A stretch of DNA of 64,000 nt. Source: Candidatus Gottesmanbacteria bacterium. Lineage in GTDB: Bacteria; Patescibacteriota; Microgenomatia; UBA10105; UBA927. The first letter of the stretch is position 1. The number at the start of each line of letters is the position of its first letter. The notes below the pieces were generated by a model, which saw only the letters and a program-made list of their open reading frames with translations, had not been told where the DNA came from and did no database searches. A program made the translations under genes and the position numbers. Location: contig JAHFKK010000001.1 of assembly GCA_023245335.1 (NCBI GenBank), positions 1,098,053-1,162,052 on the forward strand, read 5' to 3'. Shown here in pieces: positions 9,001-18,059 of this stretch.

Positions 9001-9031
9001 GTCCCTCCCTCGCTTAAGCTACGGAGGGCAC
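9001..9031 (+). promoter_or_regulatory. Hairpin CCCTCC-CTCGCTTAAGCTAC-GGAGGG in 5' UTR; second copy of the rplL-upstream hairpin
   Basis: Near-identical stem and loop to 5938..5966 (loop TTCGCATAAAGCTAC vs CTCGCTTAAGCTAC). Confidence 0.35.
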
Positions 9032-9057
9032 AGTCCCAGCCCAAAGAAAGGAAGTAT

Positions 9058-9258
9058 ATGGCACTAGGTGATGAATGGCCCGATTTACTCACTGTCCGCG
9101 AGGTAGCAAAAATACTGCGGGTCTCCCCGCTTACGATCAAACGGTGGGGTAAACGCGGCAAGTTGCCCGCTATCCGCATCAACTCAAGAGGCGACAGACG
9201 GTACAAAAAAGAAGCAGTACTTTGGCTTCTGGGACAACAGCAAAAGGGGTCAGTTTAG
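9058..9258 (+). CDS. Small HTH DNA-binding protein (excisionase/MerR-like HTH_17 type)
   Basis: LTVREVAKILRVSPLTIKRWGKRGKLPAIRINSRGDRRY. Preferred start is ATG 9058 with upstream GGAAG RBS; the track ORF begins at 8938 and its N-terminal part covers a hairpin element. Confidence 0.5.
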   Translation: MALGDEWPDLLTVREVAKILRVSPLTIKRWGKRGKLPAIRINSRGDRRYKKEAVLWLLGQQQKGSV

Positions 9259-9297
9259 CCTTTCTGTACGGCCCGTAGTATAATAGTCATCCTAAAT

Positions 9298-9327
9298 AAA
9301 GCTCATGAGCAATCATGAGCTTTTTTC
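9298..9327. terminator. Rho-independent terminator hairpin (AAGCTCATGA-GCAA-TCATGAGCTT) with flanking A- and T-runs
   Basis: Perfect 10-bp stem, GCAA loop, TTTTTT downstream. Lies after the HTH gene. Confidence 0.6.
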
Positions 9328-9655
9328 TTTATGAAATCCTACGAAATACAAGAGGCAATGGGGAAACTAGCGGTAAATCAATATGTTCCGCTACGGTCTG
9401 TCTTTCCGGACAAAAAAGATTGGGCCCGTGGGAACGCGGTAATCCATCAGATGGAGTGCGCCGATAATGACGGGAAAATAAGTGGGAAAAACACCCGTCT
9501 CGTACACCGAAAATTCGGAGCCGGCCAATCCTGTATAGATTCAGACTGTCACTTCACACAAAGCGGATCAGAAGGCTGTGTATTACAAAATCCGGCGGTA
9601 CGACGCAAATTTCTCAGAGAAAGAATGAAAAACCAAGCGGAAACAAAAAGTGCGT

Positions 9656-10507
9656 CTATACCATCTCCCGAAGTACCCGAGCAGCCTCGGTCGGGTCAAC
9701 GACATTCACGTTTAGCCCCGTCCCCAATTCAAATCCCGCTCGATGGACAAAGCGCGGCGTGATACGGATAAACCAGTTCGTCCAGTGATAAATGTAATAG
9801 TTATAGACAAATACGCCCTGTTCGTGGACCGAATGAAGATATCCTTTCTCCTGAGCCGACCGGATGCGCTTGAGCGCATCCCGCAGAACATCTGCTAAAT
9901 CCGCAAGTTCACTATCCGGCACGCTTCCGAATTTACCACCGCCTTCTTGCTTGGGCGCTATCCACACCTCAAACGGCCATTGGGAAAAATCCGGACAGTA
10001 CGTGACAAAATAATTATTTTCCTTGACGACGTTGGCGACCGGTTCACGCTCGACTGCATCCAGATTGATCTGCTTAGGAATAACGACCAGCTGAGCATGC
10101 GGATGTTTGAGGCTCGCGCCAGCCGCAAATCCGTGATTACTGAATATAAGCACCTGCCCATCGTCTTCGTGCGCTCGATACCGGTCGCGGTAGGCAGTCA
10201 GGATGCGCGTCACCTGATCGCTCGGCAAGTCTTCTATGTCCCGACTGTCATCTGTACTGTGGATGATCACTTCATGGATATCGGTAATGGGATACAGGTT
10301 TGGTACGACTCGCACCTGCCAACCCGGCTTATCCTTCTCTCCCGGCCCAATACGGTAAATCTCCGGTGGAGTCTGGGATTCATTGCCTTCACAAAACGGG
10401 CACACTTTCACGGTGGGCTTCGGTGCACTTTGGTCCGGACGGGACTTCCGACCCGGTGCGATTATGACCCACCGCTCTGTTTTGATGTCCGGAACGTATT
10501 TGGCCAT
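9656..10507 (-). CDS. galT: Galactose-1-phosphate uridylyltransferase (GalT/HIT-like) family nucleotidyltransferase
   Basis: 283 aa. CPFCEGNE zinc/active-site motif and HPHAQ (HxHxQ) motif typical of the GalT family. Substrate specificity not inferable. Confidence 0.65.
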   Translation of the reverse strand: MAKYVPDIKTERWVIIAPGRKSRPDQSAPKPTVKVCPFCEGNESQTPPEIYRIGPGEKDKPGWQVRVVPNLYPITDIHEVIIHSTDDSRDIEDLPSDQVTRILTAYRDRYRAHEDDGQVLIFSNHGFAAGASLKHPHAQLVVIPKQINLDAVEREPVANVVKENNYFVTYCPDFSQWPFEVWIAPKQEGGGKFGSVPDSELADLADVLRDALKRIRSAQEKGYLHSVHEQGVFVYNYYIYHWTNWFIRITPRFVHRAGFELGTGLNVNVVDPTEAARVLREMV

Positions 10508-10553
10508 AGCTTTAGTATCACGTATCAGGTGTCAGGTATCAAGAAGAGGATAA

Positions 10554-11549
10554 TCAGGTTAAACGGCGAAACTTCTGAAGTAAGGCATTTACTTCTGTCT
10601 TTTTTTCTTCCGTCACCGGTACTTCCACAATCCCCTGTGTCACCGGACCGCAAGCCCACGCAGGAATCGAAGGCTGGCCATAATAAACCACAGATCCTAC
10701 CGGCGCTTCGGCAACTGCCGGAAGCGCGAGTAAATCCTCTTCACCGCTGACTTCCACAACGACCGACCTACCCGCATGAAACGCTTCCCGTATAGCCTCT
10801 ACCGCTTCATTGCTGATATACCCGGGCCCGCTTTTGACTTTCCGGATTGGCACTCCCATGTCCCTGAAGACCGGTTTGAGCAAAGCGTAGGCTTTCCGTT
10901 CTACCTTGTGATCGATGATCATGAGCCCCGGCACTACTGTTCCAGCATCCAAAATGGTTTTCGTGGTGAGGTCACCAACCGTGATAACGAATCGTTCCCT
11001 GTTCCTGATAAACGACTCATCCTGAAGTTCCGCAGTGCTCAATACCGTGCCCAAAGGCTGCGACAGCTCATCGCGCATGGAATCGGGCATGGTGAGTCTG
11101 CCCGTGACGTCCACTTCCCCACGGCGCACACGGCTTGAGGAAATCGCTTTGCCGTCTTCTGCTTTCTGAATCGGCACGACGATAAGAGTAAGCGGCTTAC
11201 ATCCCCCGCTCACTCGCATTCGATTGAGTTCCTCTCCCCGGCCCTTAGTTTCCTCCGACACGACAAGGCTATCTACCTCTTGGGACGAAGCAGCTGGCTC
11301 AAACGGATCATCAATGGAGACTATGGTCACCCGTTTCTGCCATTTCCTGGCCGCTATCCAGGCAGTAAGCGCCTTGAAACGGATGCTGTACGGCAACGCA
11401 TGACCTGACTTATATGCACGAACGTACGCGTCCGACGTCAATCCTATCATGACCCTGTCCCCAGCTTCAAAAGCCTTCAGGAGTATCGCCTCGTGCCCTG
11501 CGTGAATGCCGTCAAACGTGCCTGCAACGCAGACTACCTTATAACTCAT
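10554..11549 (-). CDS. Archaeal-type phosphopantetheine adenylyltransferase fused to DUF359-like putative GTP-dependent dephospho-CoA kinase
   Basis: 331 aa. N-terminal domain has VAGTFDGIHAGHEAILLKAFEAGDRVMIGLTSD (TFDxxHxGH nucleotidyltransferase; archaeal PPAT pattern). C-terminal domain has VITVGDLTTKTILDAGTVVPGLMIIDHKVERK, resembling archaeal DPCK (GDxxT...DxKxxR). Confidence 0.55.
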   Translation of the reverse strand: MSYKVVCVAGTFDGIHAGHEAILLKAFEAGDRVMIGLTSDAYVRAYKSGHALPYSIRFKALTAWIAARKWQKRVTIVSIDDPFEPAASSQEVDSLVVSEETKGRGEELNRMRVSGGCKPLTLIVVPIQKAEDGKAISSSRVRRGEVDVTGRLTMPDSMRDELSQPLGTVLSTAELQDESFIRNRERFVITVGDLTTKTILDAGTVVPGLMIIDHKVERKAYALLKPVFRDMGVPIRKVKSGPGYISNEAVEAIREAFHAGRSVVVEVSGEEDLLALPAVAEAPVGSVVYYGQPSIPAWACGPVTQGIVEVPVTEEKKTEVNALLQKFRRLT

Positions 11550-12381
11550 GGCTGTATTATATGTCGAAAATCATTGACAACGCCATTCCTCACGCCTAAT
11601 ATGTTCACTAAGCTCGTGAACTATTATGACTATCAGACTCCGGGAAAGACTCATACCCCTCACACAAAGCGACATAGAGTTACTAGAGGCAGGCGCCTGG
11701 GTCCATCCAAAATCCGAAACTGTTCGTGCTCGAGAGGGTGAAGTATCAGATCGAATTCCATTTGTCATACATCTCACGCCCGAGAATCGGCTTGAAAAGA
11801 TATTTAAGGAACGATGCGGATGCCAATACACGCTAGTACTCGGAGCGCCGCAGATTACCAAACATTGCGGAAGTGGAAGAGAATGTGCATTTTCCGCACA
11901 GGCAAAATCGAAGTAGATGAGATTACGTACGAACTATTGATACGCTCTAGCCCATAATTGACTCTCTTCAAAGTTAGTGATATAAATAACAATTGATTAT
12001 GCCAAAAGCCAACCTCATTGAGGGCGAATTCAAACAAAGGCATGCAAGACGGCCTGGCCTGGAAGGATGGAATAATCAAACGCCGCTTCAGCGCCTCGTA
12101 AGGAAAGATACTAATCATGGCAATGCTGGAAGCGGAGGATTTATTGGCGGCTTCATAGATTGGGAATATCTCGAACTATCTAAAGATCTTTTTCTTAAAA
12201 ATCTTCCACTTAATGTACGACAATTATTCCTTTCGGGCAAACTAACCCCATCTGAAATTCTTCGCGGCAAAACAGATAAAGGGGTATCTCTTGGCATACC
12301 CAATACGAACGAACCCCTTCATTTAGACCGATAAATCTCGTAAATTTTTTTTCATTTTGAACCTGTTATACTGTCTCTTAT

Positions 12382-13083
12382 ATGGATTCTCTTGCCCAAG
12401 TCCTCGACTTTGCTAATCACAATGCTAATGCAACCCCGGACGACATAAAAAAACTTGTTGCTGATGTCGTCAAATACGGATTCCACGCGGTCTTCGTCAA
12501 CCCTACCTATGTCACGCTCGCCAAAGAACTTGTGGCCGGCAAAGCACCGGTCGGTACGGTCGTCTCCTTTCCTCTCGGCGGCGACACCAAGGCGCTCAAA
12601 ATGGCAGCCGCCAATAACGCGGTGTCCCAGGGGGCGGATGAACTGGATGTGGTCCCGAACATCGGGCTCTACCTTGCGGGCGACACGAATGGATTCATGG
12701 GAGAAATGCAGGAAGTCGTCGAAAGCGCTCATATGACGGGTGCTCCTGTCATCGTCAAATTCATCCTGGATGCCGGATATTTTGATCACGAAAAAGACCC
12801 CAAAGGGAGTCTCATGCGGGCCGCGGAGATCATCCGGGCCGCGGGCGCTGACTTTGTGAAAATCGGCTCCGGTATGGGACCCCGGAATCCGACCTTAGAC
12901 GATCTTGCGGCGGTCAAAGAAGCAGTCGGCGGGACGATAAAGATAAAAGTTGCAGGCGGAGTCACGGACCGGAAAACGGCAGAAGCATTTATCGCGGCCG
13001 GCGCCAACCGCATCGGCACGTCGCACGCGATAGATATCATCAGCGGAACACTGTCTAAAAAAACTTCTGCTGCGGCGGAATGA
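12382..13083 (+). CDS. deoC: Deoxyribose-phosphate aldolase
   Basis: 233 aa. DeoC pattern: Schiff-base lysine context FVKIGSGMG, KVAGGV, N-terminal VNP. ATG at 12382 verified. Confidence 0.8.
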   Translation: MDSLAQVLDFANHNANATPDDIKKLVADVVKYGFHAVFVNPTYVTLAKELVAGKAPVGTVVSFPLGGDTKALKMAAANNAVSQGADELDVVPNIGLYLAGDTNGFMGEMQEVVESAHMTGAPVIVKFILDAGYFDHEKDPKGSLMRAAEIIRAAGADFVKIGSGMGPRNPTLDDLAAVKEAVGGTIKIKVAGGVTDRKTAEAFIAAGANRIGTSHAIDIISGTLSKKTSAAAE

Positions 13084-13718
13084 CTTACCGTTCGGGGTTT
13101 GAACGGGCTTCAACTTCTTGAGTGAAATATCCTATCTTTGGCAAACGAAGGCGCGGAAATAGTAGATACCATCGCTCGTTGTACGTTCGTGCGGCTTTGC
13201 GTATCATCGGCTCAATCGAGGAATCCTACGGTTTAGTTCGTCCGTCCCGATACATCCCGGCTTGCTGCATCACTCTCTCGCGATACATTGCTTCTTGCGG
13301 TTCTGGCTTGACACCTCGAGTTAAAAAGGGAATATTCATGGCTTAACTTCGCAACTTTCTCAACGTTCTTCCTGCCTCTGAGAACCAACGAATAAGAGCC
13401 GGCCGATGAGGCCGTCCTGACAGTATTTCCAGACGTGGCGTGAAGTGGGGTCCAACACCCGTAACATTAACTCCTGCGTCGGTACCCACTCGGCTTCTTA
13501 CAGGTTCTACTTTTATTTTCGTATACACACCACCTCTTCGTATGCCCCACAGTGCGCGTTTTTGATCCACGTCAGGAGGAATTTGTGCTATGAATGTCCG
13601 GGGCTGAGTTTCATTTTTATGTCCAAATAAGTTCATATTATGCCTCTACAAATGGAATAATACCCGATTTCATCGGCTAAACGCAAATTAATTAGATAAA
13701 ACTATATGAGAGGAACTG

Positions 13719-14357
13719 CTATATATTTTTCAAAGCTTCAATACATTGGGCGACGGAAGCCGGATCTTTGAAAATGAAGTTTGTGGCGACCAACCTGGTG
13801 GCACCGGCATCGATCATGGATTTGGCCGTCTGATCGGTAATTCCGCCAACGACTTCGATCGGCAAATCGGGATAATTCTGCCGCAGAAGCTTCACTTTCT
13901 CTACCGCTTCAGGTAAAAACGGCTGGCCCGGCTCCCCTGCTTCTGCGCTCAAAATGACGACGAAGTCCACTTCCTCTATGAATGGCTCTATTTGATCAAT
14001 TTCCGTCGTACCGTCTATCGCAAATCCCACTTCAACTTCTTCAAATTTCGCGAGCTCCAAAAACCTCCTAGGGTCATTGGATTCTACGTGCGCGATGAGC
14101 CGGTTAAACCCCGCATCAACTAAACCCTTGATGTATTTATCGGGACTCGCGACCATGAGGTGCCCTTCAAATGAGAGATTGGGATAGCTATCTTTCAAGG
14201 CTGATAATTGTGAGAAATCCGTTATAGTGACGCCTTCCACCATAGAGCCATCCAGTAGGTCCACATGGATCCATTTGGTATAGGGTGCGGCTAGCGCGAC
14301 CTTCTGGACAAACCCTGCCCAGTCTTTCTCAAAAATACCCGGTATGACGTCTATCAT
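13719..14357 (-). CDS. rpe: Ribulose-phosphate 3-epimerase
   Basis: Rpe signature blocks (HVDLLDGSMV, GHLMV, VVGGI). Start placed at internal Met MIDVIPG (14357); the ORF track extends to 14429, overlapping rpiB. Confidence 0.85.
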   Translation of the reverse strand: MIDVIPGIFEKDWAGFVQKVALAAPYTKWIHVDLLDGSMVEGVTITDFSQLSALKDSYPNLSFEGHLMVASPDKYIKGLVDAGFNRLIAHVESNDPRRFLELAKFEEVEVGFAIDGTTEIDQIEPFIEEVDFVVILSAEAGEPGQPFLPEAVEKVKLLRQNYPDLPIEVVGGITDQTAKSMIDAGATRLVATNFIFKDPASVAQCIEALKNI

Positions 14358-14367
14358 ATAAATTATT

Positions 14368-14814
14368 TTATTTCTCCCGTGCGGCAATTTTTGCCAATCG
14401 CCGTTTGAACCGCGGTTCATGAGCGGCAAACGGGGTTGTCAAAAATGCCTGTACCCACGTCTTCGCTTCTTTCAAATCCGTGTAATCCGAAGCAATCGCC
14501 AAAACATTTGCATTATCGTGTTTTCTGTTATGAACGACATCAGGTACTCCTATTGCCGTCACGCAGCGGATACCTCGCACTTTGTTCGCGGCGATCATGA
14601 CTCCTCCCGACGACCCGCATAAGACTATTCCATAACTTCCCGGATTAGCTGCCACATGATCTGCTACTGCAAAGCTCATATCCGGAAAATCATCATCTGG
14701 GACATACGAAAACGCACCGCAATCCTCAACGTCATATTTCTCCGACACTAACCACGCCTTAAGCTCTTCCTTCAGCGCAAAGCCCCGATGATCTCCTCCG
14801 ATATACAGTTTCAT
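14368..14814 (-). CDS. rpiB: Ribose-5-phosphate isomerase B
   Basis: 148 aa; alignable to E. coli RpiB (GGDHRGF.LK, LCGSSGGVMIAANK..GIR, HNRKHDNANVLA). Confidence 0.85.
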   Translation of the reverse strand: MKLYIGGDHRGFALKEELKAWLVSEKYDVEDCGAFSYVPDDDFPDMSFAVADHVAANPGSYGIVLCGSSGGVMIAANKVRGIRCVTAIGVPDVVHNRKHDNANVLAIASDYTDLKEAKTWVQAFLTTPFAAHEPRFKRRLAKIAAREK

Positions 14815-14832
14815 CTTCGTTATGATACTAGC

Positions 14833-15567
14833 CTACTTGGTGAGCGGACAATCTGTAAAGAGGGTAACGTCATTCATGTCGAGAATTATCCGGGCCGGTA
14901 CAACGTGAACCGGAATCGAGGGATCCATCGCACGTTGAAGCATGACGGTTTTTTCCTGCCCAGAGACGTACCAGATACTCGCGGTTATGAGACCCGCAAA
15001 CGGAACAGTGGTCGTCACCCGCAGGGGATACTGATTTTTGTCGCCTGCATCGTAACCTACCACCCAATGATCCGTATGGACAAACATTCGATCAAAGGCA
15101 AGAGGATCCTCCGCATACGGTATCATGCCGAATGTATGTCCGTCGGGCCCCATGCCCACCGTTGCGATGATTTTGCCGTCCGGAAACTGTATTTTCCACT
15201 TCCTAAGTTCATGCTCAAATTTCGCGGCAAGCTTGGTGGGTGTCTCGCCGGCTGACGCCGTGGTATTGATAGAACGGGCTCCCCGCCCTATCGCTTTTTT
15301 CATAACCGGATGCATAAGAACTTTGAGATAATTACTCGCCGCCGGATCAGAAGAACAGCGCTCGTCGAGGACCGTAAACGTCACACAGGAAGAAAATACG
15401 TTTGGACGTAATGAGTCCAAAATTTTTAGAGCTGAACCGCCAGAAAACAATAATAGAATTGGGCCGTCCGCGTCCTCTAAGACTCTGGATAATGTATTTC
15501 CTGCCTGTATTGCCGCTTTCGCAGCGTTTCCAGATGTAACCACTGTCACGGGAGAGATGTCTGTCAT
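14833..15567 (-). CDS. pgl: 6-phosphogluconolactonase
   Basis: 244 aa. LFSGGSA, VLDERC..DP and GMGPDGHT motifs of the 6PGL/NagB fold; context between gnd and rpiB. Confidence 0.75.
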   Translation of the reverse strand: MTDISPVTVVTSGNAAKAAIQAGNTLSRVLEDADGPILLLFSGGSALKILDSLRPNVFSSCVTFTVLDERCSSDPAASNYLKVLMHPVMKKAIGRGARSINTTASAGETPTKLAAKFEHELRKWKIQFPDGKIIATVGMGPDGHTFGMIPYAEDPLAFDRMFVHTDHWVVGYDAGDKNQYPLRVTTTVPFAGLITASIWYVSGQEKTVMLQRAMDPSIPVHVVPARIILDMNDVTLFTDCPLTK

Positions 15568-15579
15568 ACGCTTGTCCGG

Positions 15580-16497
15580 CTATTTTTGGGTAACCTTATG
15601 TCCGCCGAATGCATTCCGTATCGCGGCAAGAAGTTTAGCGGTAAACGATTGTTGGATAATTTGATCTGTCTGACTTCGGACACGATATGCAAGCGATGCC
15701 TCTATGATGGGCACCGGTACGTTTTCAACTTTGGCCTGTTCTACCGTCCAACGCGCCTCCCCAGTCTCGGCAACCTGACCCACGACGTCATCAAGTTTTT
15801 GGTCCCGGGACAAGACGTCATCGGCGCGATCCAAAAGAAATCCTGAAACTAAGGTCCCCTTTTGCCACAAGTTGGATACCGCGGCTAAATCAAATGTATA
15901 TGGTGCATGTTTCAAGACATCGAACCCTTCCGCCAACGATTGCATGATCCCGTACTCTATGCCGTTATGGACCATTTTGACGAAGTGACCAGCTCCCCCG
16001 GCCCCAAAATATGTGTGACCCCCGTTTGGCAATGCAAGCGTATCGAGCATGGGTTTAACTGCTTCGTATGCCAAACGGTCACCGCCGACCATAAGAGGAT
16101 ATCCCTGACGCTCGGCGACTATCCCTCCGGATACCCCGATCCCCAAAAACCGCACGCTTTTCGCCGCACATGCTTCTGCATGGCGGTCGGAATCACTGAA
16201 ACGGCTATTCGCCGCGTCTATAAGGATATCTTCAGAAGATAAAGCCGGAACAACCGCCCCAAACATTTCATTCGTGGCCGATCCAGCCGGCAACATAACC
16301 CACACGATGCGTGGCGAGGGTAACGCCGTAAGGAGCGCCGTCACTTCATTATGCGCCGTTATCGTTTTCTGCTTCGTCACTAAAGCTTCAGCAACCTCCG
16401 GCGTTCTGTTCCACACATGCACCGTGTGTCCGCCTGCCGCAAGCTTAGCCGCTATGCGTGATCCCATTTTCCCCAAGCCGATAACGCCGATCGTCAT
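15580..16497 (-). CDS. gnd: 6-phosphogluconate dehydrogenase, short (about 300 aa) decarboxylating form
   Basis: GVIGLGKMGSRIAAKL Rossmann N-terminus and 6PGDH-like C-terminal domain. Start taken at MTIGVIGLG (16497); track ORF extends to 16524. Confidence 0.8.
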   Translation of the reverse strand: MTIGVIGLGKMGSRIAAKLAAGGHTVHVWNRTPEVAEALVTKQKTITAHNEVTALLTALPSPRIVWVMLPAGSATNEMFGAVVPALSSEDILIDAANSRFSDSDRHAEACAAKSVRFLGIGVSGGIVAERQGYPLMVGGDRLAYEAVKPMLDTLALPNGGHTYFGAGGAGHFVKMVHNGIEYGIMQSLAEGFDVLKHAPYTFDLAAVSNLWQKGTLVSGFLLDRADDVLSRDQKLDDVVGQVAETGEARWTVEQAKVENVPVPIIEASLAYRVRSQTDQIIQQSFTAKLLAAIRNAFGGHKVTQK

Positions 16498-16539
16498 AGA
16501 AAAAGTGTAGTCGCTCACGCACATAGACGCAAGCGTACT

Positions 16540-18006
16540 TTACCTGTCGTGCAAGTACCAAGAACGTTCATCCGTACTCAAAAGCCCGTCTGATGCATTG
16601 GGCCCCATGGTATGTGCTTCATACGGGAAAAGCGGCGGCTGACGACTTGTCCAGCCTTCAAAAATTTGCGTGCTGAAACGCCAGCTTAGATTGACTTCAC
16701 GGGTATCTGCAAATAGCGTCTGGTCTCCCCGCAGTGCGTCCAATATGAGCCGTTCATATGCCGCTTTCCTGCTTCTTCCTGGTTTTTGCATCTCTTCCAT
16801 GGCAAGTGTCTCAAGATCGAGTCCTGCTCCCGGTTTTTTACCCATGAGACGAAGCCCCACGCCGTGATCCGGGGAAATCCGTATCGCGAGAACGTTGCGC
16901 ATAACTTGAGGTTCGGGGAAGAGACAGACTGGCCCGACACATACCGCCGGCTTTTTGTAATGAAGGGAAATTTCTGCGACCGAGTTCTCCATGGATTTAC
17001 CGGTCCGAAGATAAAACGGCACCCCGTGCCATCGCGGCGTATTGAGAGAAACCTTGAGAGCCACAAACGTTTCTGTCTGGCTGTCCCGCGCGACATTCGG
17101 TTCTGACGTATACCCTTTATATTGACCCCGTACAACATTGGTGGGGACATCGTTCACACCGATCGGATTAAGAGCCATGAGCGCCTGGATACGAGCTTCC
17201 CGCAAATGCATCGAATCGAAACTAACGGGCTGTTCCATGGCGACAAATGCGAGCATCTGCAACATATGATTTTGTACGACATCCCGGAGCGCCCCCACAC
17301 CATCATAGAACGCACCGCGCGATCCTACGCCGTCTTTTTCGAGGAGTTGGATCTGTACGTGATCGATAAACTCATTGTTCCATGTCGGTTCCACGATGCC
17401 GTTTGCAAACCGCAACGCAAGTATATTCTGTACGGTTTGTTTCCCCAAATAGTGATCGATCCTATAGATCTGTTCTTCTGCAAACAGCGACGACACGACA
17501 TTTTCTAGGTGTTCGCTGGTTGCCAAGTCCCGCCCGAACGGCTTTTCGATAAGAAGCCGCGCCTGAGATTGGGTCGGGCCCGTCCGTTTGCCGACGAGTG
17601 CAGCATCTTTGAGATTCGTCAGAATGGTTTCATAATGAACGGGAGGGACGGCAAGATAGAAATAGTGTGTTGATTTGCCGCCGCGCACGGCTTCCTGTTC
17701 CTTGAGTATAGATTTCACCCGCGTATAGAGCTCTGGGTCTTCAAACATCCCGCTTTCGTAGCGCGTATGACGCATGAGGCTATCCCAAATAGACGTGGTG
17801 AATGCAGAACCGACACTTTGTATAACGGCGTCTTTGACGAATTTCTCGTACGCGGTCTCATCCATCTTCCGCCTGCCGACACACACGATAAACGGCAAAT
17901 CAAGGAGCTGCCCTTCCGCGACAAGCCAATACAACGCGGGCCAGAGTTTGTGTTGGGCAAGATCCCCGGTCGCTCCGAAAAGCACGAACGAGTTATACAT
18001 GGACAT
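16540..18006 (-). CDS. zwf: Glucose-6-phosphate 1-dehydrogenase
   Basis: 488 aa. LFGATGDLA NADP site and RIDHYLGKQ G6PD active-site signature. Confidence 0.9.
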   Translation of the reverse strand: MSMYNSFVLFGATGDLAQHKLWPALYWLVAEGQLLDLPFIVCVGRRKMDETAYEKFVKDAVIQSVGSAFTTSIWDSLMRHTRYESGMFEDPELYTRVKSILKEQEAVRGGKSTHYFYLAVPPVHYETILTNLKDAALVGKRTGPTQSQARLLIEKPFGRDLATSEHLENVVSSLFAEEQIYRIDHYLGKQTVQNILALRFANGIVEPTWNNEFIDHVQIQLLEKDGVGSRGAFYDGVGALRDVVQNHMLQMLAFVAMEQPVSFDSMHLREARIQALMALNPIGVNDVPTNVVRGQYKGYTSEPNVARDSQTETFVALKVSLNTPRWHGVPFYLRTGKSMENSVAEISLHYKKPAVCVGPVCLFPEPQVMRNVLAIRISPDHGVGLRLMGKKPGAGLDLETLAMEEMQKPGRSRKAAYERLILDALRGDQTLFADTREVNLSWRFSTQIFEGWTSRQPPLFPYEAHTMGPNASDGLLSTDERSWYLHDR

Positions 18007-18059
18007 AGTATAGAGAATACAGACGGGAAGTGCCAGTAAAATGAGTATAGAAGACGCTA

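Noticed and set aside
8938-9057. N-terminal 40 codons of track ORF 8938..9258
   Set aside because: Contains the conserved hairpin element also found non-coding upstream of rplL. The ATG at 9058 with RBS gives a compact HTH protein. The longer form is not excluded.
9331-9762. 143-aa + strand ORF
   Set aside because: Begins immediately after a strong terminator hairpin, has no RBS or recognisable domain, and overlaps the 3' end of the convergent galT-family gene.
9947-10750. 267-aa + strand ORF
   Set aside because: Fully antisense to the GalT-family and PPAT/DPCK genes, which have clear motifs.
13100-13700. Attempt to recognise RNase P RNA, tmRNA, SRP or 6S RNA in the deoC-rpe gap
   Set aside because: None of the diagnostic conserved motifs could be matched by eye on either strand.
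14788-15255. 155-aa + strand ORF and similar antisense ORFs within zwf/gnd/pgl (e.g. 15907..16242, 16786..17106, 17122..17508)
   Set aside because: Antisense to well-supported PPP genes.
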